A DNA stretch of 52,164 nucleotides from Anaerolineae bacterium (GTDB lineage: Bacteria > Chloroflexota > Anaerolineae > UBA1429). Positions within the stretch are counted from its first letter, which is position 1, and each line of letters starts with the position of its first letter. Positions 8,660 through 15,980 of this stretch are shown piece by piece. The position numbers and the translations under genes are program-made. The stretch spans positions 1-52,164 of the forward strand of contig DAOTZU010000032.1 in assembly GCA_034433995.1 (NCBI GenBank). Direction: 5' to 3'. The notes under the pieces were generated by a model. That model was given only the letters and a program-made list of their open reading frames with translations, had not been told where the DNA came from and searched no databases.

Positions 8660-8799
8660 GAGGGTGTCGAGAAATGCCCCCGTCGGTTAGAAACCGACGT
8701 CTGAGGATGGTAAGCCCGCGCCGCGGGCTTGGCAAGCAGAGCCGTCGGATTCCATCCGACGGCGGGCAAGACGTCTACACGCCCTTTTTCAATACCCTC
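8660..8799. repeat. 140-bp structured repeat element, copy 1
   Basis: The termini GAGGGTGTCGAGAAA ... TTTTTCAATACCCTC form a 15-bp closing stem. Three internal hairpins lie at 8681-8699 (8 bp), 8712-8730 (8 bp) and 8741-8763 (9 bp). Confidence 0.9.
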
Positions 8800-8813
8800 C
8801 TGTTCCCGGCAAA

Positions 8814-8953
8814 GAGGGTGTCGAGAAATGCCCCCGTCGGTTAGAAACCGACGTCTGGGGATGGTAAGCCCGCGCCGCGGGCTTGACAAGCAGAGCCGTC
8901 GGATTCCATCCGACGGCGGGCAAGGCCTCTATGCGCCTTTTTTCAACACCCTC
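8814..8953. repeat. 140-bp structured repeat element, copy 2
   Basis: Identical in length to copy 1. It differs from copy 3 at a single position (8886 A versus 9056 G). Confidence 0.9.
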
Positions 8954-8983
8954 CTGGCGCAATACGCAATAGCACGCTCCCTG

Positions 8984-9123
8984 GAGGGTGTCGAGAAATG
9001 CCCCCGTCGGTTAGAAACCGACGTCTGGGGATGGTAAGCCCGCGCCGCGGGCTTGGCAAGCAGAGCCGTCGGATTCCATCCGACGGCGGGCAAGGCCTCT
9101 ATGCGCCTTTTTTCAACACCCTC
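8984..9123. repeat. 140-bp structured repeat element, copy 3
   Basis: Same 140-bp unit. Copies 1 and 3 also share a 16-nt left flank, AATAGC(G/A)CGCTCCCTG (8644-8659 and 8968-8983). Confidence 0.9.
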
Positions 9124-9134
9124 GATCTCTTACT

Positions 9135-9163
9135 TTGACGCGCCGGCGGGGACGCCGTACAAT
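9135..9163 (+). promoter_or_regulatory. Candidate sigma70-type promoter for the CPBP protease gene
   Basis: TTGACG (9135-9140), a 17-nt spacer, TACAAT (9158-9163). It starts 12 nt after repeat copy 3. Confidence 0.6.
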
Positions 9164-9238
9164 CAAGCAGCGTGGAGCGTCTTGGCCTTCTCAGCGGTCC
9201 GGACCCTCCGGCGCAGATGCGTGCAGCAAAGGAGTCTC

Positions 9239-9952
9239 GTGTCCCTTCAGGAAAAGCGCAAGGGCGATCCTGTGGCCTGGGGATTGAAGGACATGCTCTG
9301 GGCGAGCCTCACCGCCATCGCCCTGGTGCTGGCCGGCCTCATCGCCCTGATCATTTTCCTGGCGCTCTTCCAGGCGCTGAGGGGCAGCCCGCTGGACCAA
9401 AAGGTCTGGATCTGGGGCGTCCTGGCCCTGGAGAGCATCCTCGTCGTGCCGGCCTGGTTCTGGGGGCCGCGCAAGTATGGCCAGGGGTGGGCCAGCTTGG
9501 GGTTACATGCCTTTCCCGTGGTCAAAACGTTGGTGCTGGCCCTCATCAGCTTGCCCCTGATGCTGCTGATCAATGCAGGCTGGGAGCTGGTGCGCCGGCA
9601 ATTGGGTTGGGCCGGCCAGCCGAATTATTTGCCCCTCTTTGGCGGCGGACCGCTGGGGCTGGCGCTGGCCTTGCTGATCGGCGGCGTGATCGCCCCGATA
9701 GCGGAAGAGATTTTCTTTCGGGGCTACCTGTACGCGGGATTGCGCAGTCGCCTCGGCTTGGGCTGGGGCTTGGTCCTTTCGGCGCTCCTCTTTGCCGTGC
9801 TCCATGTGATCCCCGGCGTCATCCCGCCCATCTTTCTTCTGGGGTTGATCCTCGCGACGGTCTATGAATATAGCGGCTCCCTCTGGCCCGCCATCCTCCT
9901 GCACAGCGCCATCAACACATTGGCCTTTGTGGCCGCCTACCTCACAGGATGA
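9239..9952 (+). CDS. CPBP-family (CAAX/Abi-type) intramembrane glutamic endopeptidase
   Basis: The motifs EEIFFRGYL, FAVLH and HSAINT sit in a polytopic membrane protein. The GTG at 9239 is preceded by AAAGGAG (9228-9234); the alternative start is ATG 9293. The ORF-track start at 9053 lies inside repeat copy 3. Confidence 0.85.
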   Translation: MSLQEKRKGDPVAWGLKDMLWASLTAIALVLAGLIALIIFLALFQALRGSPLDQKVWIWGVLALESILVVPAWFWGPRKYGQGWASLGLHAFPVVKTLVLALISLPLMLLINAGWELVRRQLGWAGQPNYLPLFGGGPLGLALALLIGGVIAPIAEEIFFRGYLYAGLRSRLGLGWGLVLSALLFAVLHVIPGVIPPIFLLGLILATVYEYSGSLWPAILLHSAINTLAFVAAYLTG

Positions 9953-9997
9953 ACCCAGGCTCCAGCGAATAGATCCCCATCTTGACCCGGAGCAGAT

Positions 9998-10030
9998 GGC
10001 GGGGCCGCCCCTATGGGGGGCGGCCCCGCC
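9998..10030. terminator. GC-rich hairpin between convergent genes (candidate bidirectional terminator)
   Basis: GGCGGGGCCGCCCC (9998-10011) pairs perfectly with GGGGCGGCCCCGCC (10017-10030) around a 5-nt loop. There is no clear U-tract. Confidence 0.5.
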
Positions 10031-10037
10031 GGTTCAG

Positions 10038-13000
10038 CTAGCGTCCGGCCGCGATGGTAAAGAGCGCCCCCGCCGAGCGCCCAAAGACATCGGCAAAGTA
10101 CATCTCGTAGGCCAGGGCAGGCAACACCCGAAACTCGCCCGGCGTGGTGCAGCGGAAAGAGTAGATATACTCATACGTGCCACGAGGCAGGTTGCTGGCA
10201 AAGAGGACCACCTTCTCGTCGCGCAGCTCGGTGTGGGTGGCCCAGTGCCAATGCCAATCCCACCAACCGCGCTCCTGCTCGGGCAGCTCCTTGGTTAGCT
10301 CCGGCCGCTGGGCGGTGGCGCTGGTCGTCTGCAAGCTGGTATCAATGGCCTCACCGCCGGCGGGCAAAGGATCTTCCAACACCAAGAAGTACAGATCGTT
10401 GGGCGCGATCATGGTCAGCTTGACCACCACCACGTCGTTCACCTTGGCCTGGGTGATGGGCGTCTTGAGGTCCCCGGCCAAATAGTACTGCCGATCCACG
10501 ATGATACCCCGGTTCAGGGCGCCCATCTGTTCCACGGGCAAAAAGTAGCGCAAAAAGATGCTATAGTACAGCGTGCCCGGGCCCGTTTTATCCAAAATGA
10601 CATCGTTATCCCCGGCCAAAAGCTCGCCCACCGGCACCTGGGCCCTGACGGCCCGGCCCACATTCTCCGAGGTCACGTCGCCTTCGGCCCGCTCCAGCCC
10701 GTTGATGCGCAAGAGATAGTGATAGTTCCCCTGGAGCTCGCCCGTGAGCACCATGTAATCGGTGAGGGCCAAGATGGACCAGACGTTCTCCTGGGTCGTC
10801 TCCCAGCGCCCGCTCTGGCGCGCGGTCATCAACCAGCGCACCACGTTGGGCAACAGGCTGCTCTCGGGCTGGAGACGCACCAGGGCGCGCAAGATGATGG
10901 CCGTGGTGCGGGTGTCGGTGTTCATCGCCCAGGGATCGCGCTGCGCCTCCTCCCAGTGGGCGCCCGTGGCGCTGAGGATGGCCGCGTTGGCCAAGGCGTT
11001 CACCAGCGTTTTGAGGCGCGCCGTGTCCTGGGAGTTGGTCAGGTGCAGCGCCATGGCCAAGTAGGCCTTGGCATAGAGGGACATCTCGCCTTTGCCATCC
11101 ACCAGCGCCACCGTGCGGCCCAGATCCCCGCGGCCCGCCTCGGCCAAAGTGTAGAGCACCACCGCTTGGATATCGCGCAGCTGCCGCTGGGAACGGGCGC
11201 TGGCCGCGAACTGCTCCAGCCAACCATAAAGGTAAGCGATGCCGCGCTCCAGCACCTGCTGGTCCACGCTGAAATCGGCCTTTTGGGCCTCCACCAGCCC
11301 CAGCACCACATACGCGCTGAGCAAGGGCGAGCTGTCCTCCCGGGCCCACCAGCCCCAGCCGCCATCGGGGTTCTGCAAGGCATAGATGCGCTGCAGGCCG
11401 ATGCCCACCTGCTCCGGTAGCTTGGCCTCCAGCTCGGCGTTGGCGATGCCCAACTTTTGCAGGGCGCCGTAAGTGACCACATTGGGCAAGAAGCGGCTCA
11501 CCGTCTGCTCGATGCAGCCATAGGGGTAGGTCTCCAGATACTCCAAGCCCCCGCGCATGCCGGCGGCCAAGGAGGGCTCCAGGTTCACCGTCAGCTCACC
11601 CAGGCTGCGATCCACCGCCTCCGGCAAGCGCACCAACTCGATGATCTGCTCCTCCACCTGGCCCGCTGTGCCCACCGTCTCCGGCGAGCTGGGATGGTAA
11701 ACGGGCAAGGTGAGCTGGATCGCGTCGCTGTATTGGCCCGCGCTCACGTTAAAGCGTAGCACGGCCCGTTCCGCCGCCCCCACCGCCGCCGGCCAAGAGA
11801 GCGCCTCCCGCCCATGGGCGGCCACGGTCACCTTCTGTTCGCCGTTGGCCACGGTGACCCCTTCAGCGACGAGCTTGACCGTCATCTCCAGGTCTTGCCC
11901 GGTGTTATTGTGCACCACCGCGCCCAGGATGGGCTTGTCGCCGATGACCAGGAAGCGCGGCACCACCGGGCGCACCATCACATCCAGGGTGCTGACGATG
12001 TCGCTGGTGGCCTTGCCCACTTGGGTTTGGGCCGTCACTCCTTGGGCGGTCAGGCGCCAGGTGGTGAGGTTATCCGGCAATTTGACGGTGACTCGGGCCT
12101 TGCCGGCAGCATCGGTGCGCACCGCCGGCGCCCAGAAGGCGGTATCGGGGAACTCTTGGCGCAAGATGCCCGCCGCCTCGGCGCCGCCACCGCCACCCTT
12201 GGCCTCGGCCACCTGTTGCTGTTGGTAGCGCTCCACGGCGATGGCCAAAGTGGCCGCCGTCCACACCCCCAAGGGGCGCTGACGATAGAACTCTTGGACG
12301 ATATCTCGCTGCCCGCCGCCCACCAACGACTCCACGGCCAGGTCCACCAATTGTAGCGAAACCTCGGCCTCCACACCGCGCCCACGATGATCCAAGACCT
12401 CCAAGGAGTAGGTCACCTCATCCCGTGGCTTGTAGGGGGTGGCGCGATCGGGGGTCACCTTGATGGTGAGCTCCTGCTGTTCGGTGGAGACCTCCAATAT
12501 CACGTAACCCAGCTTAAAAGAGGGCACAGGATTGGCCCGATCCATCCCTTTGATGATGACCACCGAAACATACACATTGGGCGCATATTCCGGCAGGATG
12601 GGAAGGCTCAGGCGCTCGCTGTTGGTCGCCAGCTCGATGACCCGATGCTCCAGGATGTGGCCGCGCTCGATGGTGAGCAGGGCCATCGTTCGCCCTTGAT
12701 AGGGCGAGGGGATGAGGATCTGGGCCGTCTCACCGGGACGGTAGGATTTCTTGTCGGCCACCAGGTCAATCCGGTCGTTGTTCGCCTGCCGCCAGGGGAT
12801 GAACCCGGCGCCGCCGACCCACAAGAAGGCCGCGCTCTGCACCTTGTTTTCGCGCTCATCCAGGCCCACGGCCAAGATCTTGAACATCCCACCCTCCGGT
12901 GGGGTGAAGCGGGCGATGGCCTGCCCCAGATCATCCGTCTTGACCGTGGTGGTGTGCACCGCCGTATCGCGCACCTTGCTGGTCCAATAGTAGCGGCCGT

Positions 13001-15980
13001 CGTCAGCCTTTTCTTGCACGCTGTACCATTCGTGGCGATAGAAGGTGATGGTGAGGGCTTGCTGGGTGCGGGTGATCCCATGGGTATCCACGGTGATAAC
13101 CCGCACCGCCTGCTCCTGGCCGGCGACGCCCACATAGCTCAGCGGCGCCAAACCGATGTAAAATAGCCCCTTGTGCACCACGGCGGCGCGGCGGGCGCTC
13201 ACCTCCTGGTTATTCACGTCCACCACCGAAAATTCGATGGTGTAGGTCTGGCTCTGGGTGAACTCGGCAAGGTTGGCCGGTATCTCCACCACAAAGCGCC
13301 CTTGGGCATCGGTCTTGCCCTCGCCCTCGGTGAGGAGCTCACCCCAGGAGCTGGCCGGCCCATAGCCGTAGGTCTCGTCATAGTTGGCAAAGCTGTAATA
13401 CCCCTTGCCCTGCCAACGATCAAAGTAATAATCTTGGCGCAAGACCCGCCACTGGACGCTGGCATTGGCCACGGGGCCGCCAAAGAAATAGGTGGCCTCC
13501 GCCGCCGCCACGATGGTATCTCCATGGATGTAATCCTCTTGATCCAGGTTCACCTGCACCTGGAACTCGGGCTTGCGGTACGCGGCCACCTGGAAATCGG
13601 CGCTAAAGGCGTACTCGTCATAGGTTGCCTGCAGGGAATAGTAGCCCAGAGCAGCATCCTCACCCAGGGCGATCTCGCCGGCAAAGGTGCCCAGCGTGTT
13701 CAAAGCAACCTTCTGATGCCAGATCTCGCGCCATTCCCCATCCCGCAAGACGAGGAGCACCTCGCCACCTTGGGGGGGCAAGCTGTAGCGCCCATCATCA
13801 TCCAAGCGCAGGATGCCCTTGAAATAGACCGTCTGGCCGGGGCGGTAGATGCGCCGATCGGTATACAGATAGGCGCGGAACTGCTCCAGGCTGGGCGAGC
13901 CGGAGAGGTTGAAGGACCAAGGCTCCAATCCGTCGGACCAATGGCGCGAGACCAAGGCATAGCCCGCGCCCCGCTTGGCCAGGACGATGAGCGGCTGCCA
14001 GGGCTCCTGTTCGGGAACCGCCGCCTTCAAGAGGCCATCTCCATTGGTGGTGCCCCCGGCCACGCGCTGCCCTTCGGCGTTATAGATGGCCACCTGCACC
14101 CCCGCCACCGGCTGGCCCTCCCGCAGGTCGGTGGCCCAGACCAAGGCCTCCGTCTGGGTGCTCTTCAAGGTCAGGTTCGTATCCGAGACGATCAGGAGCT
14201 GCCGGGCCACGTTCTTGGTCTCTGGCGCCGAGGCCTGGAGATAGTAAAAGCCCGGCGTCAGCTTCTGGCCAGCAGCCAGAGCCAATGTCTGGGAGAGGGT
14301 TCGGGTGGCATTCAAGGGGGCTTGGGTGGGCAGCGACCAACGCTTGAGCAGGCTATCCGCTTGGGGAGCGTATTTTTGCCAACGCGCCCAAAAATCCTTG
14401 CCGATCAACTTGACCATCTCCTCGGGCGCCACGGCATAAAGGGCCAGGTCCACCCGCGAGACGTTGCGATATTGCACCGAGACGGTGGTCTCGGCGTAGG
14501 CGTTGTAGCTGCTATACGGATTCGGCGTGTTGAACCCCACCCAAGGGTCATAGGGCCGGGTGCGAAAATGCAAGGTCACGGGCGCCTGCAGGGGATGGCC
14601 ATAGATCCCCCGGATCTCGGTGGAAAAGGTCACGGTGTACCAGGTGGAGGGCTTCAGGGAGCCGGCCAGGTGCAGCACCGTCTTGTCTCGCTCCCACCAA
14701 TCGTAAAGCTTGGCGGTGGGGGTGATGGAAAAGCCCTTGAGGAAGGTATCTTGGCTGATGGGGCTGGAGAAGGTGATGATCAAGCCATCGCCCACGGGCC
14801 AGTTGCCCTCGCCCTCCTTGGGGCGGGTGGCGACCACGGCCGGCGCGCTCACCACGGTGAACTGCCACGTGTAGGCCTGGGGGATGACGGCCTGGCCCGT
14901 CGCCGCGGCCGCGCCCTCGGCCAGCCGCGCCTGATATTGGGCGCCCAGCTCCAGCGGCTGGGTGGGTTTAAAGACCAGGCTGTTGTCTTTCCAGGAAAAG
15001 ACGCCGGGGATGGATAGCCGATCCCGCGTCAACGAGAAGCGCGCCTGGGTCTGTTGGTGATCCATGGGTTGGTTGAAGGTGATGGTGATGGCGGTGGTGG
15101 GCGCCACATGCCGCGCCTTGTCCTCCGGATAGGTCTTGACCACCCGGGGCAAGGCCGTGGTGAAGGACCACACATAGTCTTCGGCCAAGACGCCGCCGGT
15201 GGTATCTTGCAGGCCGGCCCGCACCCGCACCGTGTACTTGGTGCCGGGCAGCAACAATCCGCTCGGCTCAAAAGTATAGAGCGAAGTGTTGATCCAACTC
15301 CCCTTGCCCTGGATCGGGGGCGTGAATTCCAGGGGCTGGGGCAGCTTGGCCTGCTCTTGCACCCCCGTGAGGGGCACCACAGGACGGTTAAAGGCCACGC
15401 GGATGACGGTGTTCGCGTCCACGTCGGTGCTCTCGGCCAGGGGCAAGACATCCGTCACCTGCAGATAGCCCACCGTGCGGAAGCGGAACTCCACCGGCCG
15501 GGCCAGCCCCAACTTGCGGGCGCTCTGGGCGGCCGTATCCACCGTGACGCGATATTCCGTATCCCGCTGCCATTTGCCCTCTTCCGGGATAAAGCGCACC
15601 GTGCGCGGATCTTGCCAGGAGAACTTGCCCCTCACCACCGGCTCGATGCGAAAGGCCTTCTCCAGAGAGGCCGGGTCCATCTCTTGGTCAAAGCGCAAGA
15701 GGATGGGCTGATCCAGCGCCTGTTCCTCGCCACGTTCGGGCGAACGGCTCAGTAACCGGGGTGGCTGGGGCGGCAGGGGCGTCGTCGTGGCCTTGGGGGT
15801 TGCCGTGGCTTTGGGAGCGGCGGTGGCGCCCGGCGTGGCCGTCGCCTGAACCTTGCTCGGCGCTGTGGGCGCCACAGTGGCCGATGGGGGCGGCGTCGGC
15901 GGCTTGCTGCAGCCCATCAGCCCACCCACCAAGGTCACCAAAAGGACCATGCAAAAGATGCGATATGCGCGCCGGCTCAT
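10038..15980 (-). CDS. Alpha-2-macroglobulin family lipoprotein with a thioester site (1980 aa)
   Basis: Signal peptide plus lipobox (LVGGLMGC). N-terminal SbsA/Big_5-like Ig repeats, then macroglobulin domains. The thioester motif is YPYGCIEQTVSRF. The ATG at 15980 overlaps the pbpC stop as ATGA. Confidence 0.9.
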   Translation of the reverse strand: MSRRAYRIFCMVLLVTLVGGLMGCSKPPTPPPSATVAPTAPSKVQATATPGATAAPKATATPKATTTPLPPQPPRLLSRSPERGEEQALDQPILLRFDQEMDPASLEKAFRIEPVVRGKFSWQDPRTVRFIPEEGKWQRDTEYRVTVDTAAQSARKLGLARPVEFRFRTVGYLQVTDVLPLAESTDVDANTVIRVAFNRPVVPLTGVQEQAKLPQPLEFTPPIQGKGSWINTSLYTFEPSGLLLPGTKYTVRVRAGLQDTTGGVLAEDYVWSFTTALPRVVKTYPEDKARHVAPTTAITITFNQPMDHQQTQARFSLTRDRLSIPGVFSWKDNSLVFKPTQPLELGAQYQARLAEGAAAATGQAVIPQAYTWQFTVVSAPAVVATRPKEGEGNWPVGDGLIITFSSPISQDTFLKGFSITPTAKLYDWWERDKTVLHLAGSLKPSTWYTVTFSTEIRGIYGHPLQAPVTLHFRTRPYDPWVGFNTPNPYSSYNAYAETTVSVQYRNVSRVDLALYAVAPEEMVKLIGKDFWARWQKYAPQADSLLKRWSLPTQAPLNATRTLSQTLALAAGQKLTPGFYYLQASAPETKNVARQLLIVSDTNLTLKSTQTEALVWATDLREGQPVAGVQVAIYNAEGQRVAGGTTNGDGLLKAAVPEQEPWQPLIVLAKRGAGYALVSRHWSDGLEPWSFNLSGSPSLEQFRAYLYTDRRIYRPGQTVYFKGILRLDDDGRYSLPPQGGEVLLVLRDGEWREIWHQKVALNTLGTFAGEIALGEDAALGYYSLQATYDEYAFSADFQVAAYRKPEFQVQVNLDQEDYIHGDTIVAAAEATYFFGGPVANASVQWRVLRQDYYFDRWQGKGYYSFANYDETYGYGPASSWGELLTEGEGKTDAQGRFVVEIPANLAEFTQSQTYTIEFSVVDVNNQEVSARRAAVVHKGLFYIGLAPLSYVGVAGQEQAVRVITVDTHGITRTQQALTITFYRHEWYSVQEKADDGRYYWTSKVRDTAVHTTTVKTDDLGQAIARFTPPEGGMFKILAVGLDERENKVQSAAFLWVGGAGFIPWRQANNDRIDLVADKKSYRPGETAQILIPSPYQGRTMALLTIERGHILEHRVIELATNSERLSLPILPEYAPNVYVSVVIIKGMDRANPVPSFKLGYVILEVSTEQQELTIKVTPDRATPYKPRDEVTYSLEVLDHRGRGVEAEVSLQLVDLAVESLVGGGQRDIVQEFYRQRPLGVWTAATLAIAVERYQQQQVAEAKGGGGGAEAAGILRQEFPDTAFWAPAVRTDAAGKARVTVKLPDNLTTWRLTAQGVTAQTQVGKATSDIVSTLDVMVRPVVPRFLVIGDKPILGAVVHNNTGQDLEMTVKLVAEGVTVANGEQKVTVAAHGREALSWPAAVGAAERAVLRFNVSAGQYSDAIQLTLPVYHPSSPETVGTAGQVEEQIIELVRLPEAVDRSLGELTVNLEPSLAAGMRGGLEYLETYPYGCIEQTVSRFLPNVVTYGALQKLGIANAELEAKLPEQVGIGLQRIYALQNPDGGWGWWAREDSSPLLSAYVVLGLVEAQKADFSVDQQVLERGIAYLYGWLEQFAASARSQRQLRDIQAVVLYTLAEAGRGDLGRTVALVDGKGEMSLYAKAYLAMALHLTNSQDTARLKTLVNALANAAILSATGAHWEEAQRDPWAMNTDTRTTAIILRALVRLQPESSLLPNVVRWLMTARQSGRWETTQENVWSILALTDYMVLTGELQGNYHYLLRINGLERAEGDVTSENVGRAVRAQVPVGELLAGDNDVILDKTGPGTLYYSIFLRYFLPVEQMGALNRGIIVDRQYYLAGDLKTPITQAKVNDVVVVKLTMIAPNDLYFLVLEDPLPAGGEAIDTSLQTTSATAQRPELTKELPEQERGWWDWHWHWATHTELRDEKVVLFASNLPRGTYEYIYSFRCTTPGEFRVLPALAYEMYFADVFGRSAGALFTIAAGR

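Noticed and set aside
8660-9123. CRISPR array interpretation of the three direct repeats.
   Set aside because: The repeats are 140 bp and the spacers only 14 and 30 bp, which is the reverse of CRISPR geometry. No cas genes are present in the window.
8554-9135. ORFs running through the 140-bp repeats (8554-8844, 8729-9037, and the 5' part of 9053-9952). Each repeat even carries GGAGGG, 9 nt, then ATG, and could encode a basic ~46-66-aa peptide (MPPSVRNRRLGMVSPRRGL...).
   Set aside because: Every substitution I translated between copies is non-synonymous (R/G, G/D, DV.T/GL.A). The ORFs leave each copy in different frames and end at different places. The arginine richness is a by-product of the CG-rich hairpin arms. 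I consider them non-coding, although ribosome profiling could revisit this.
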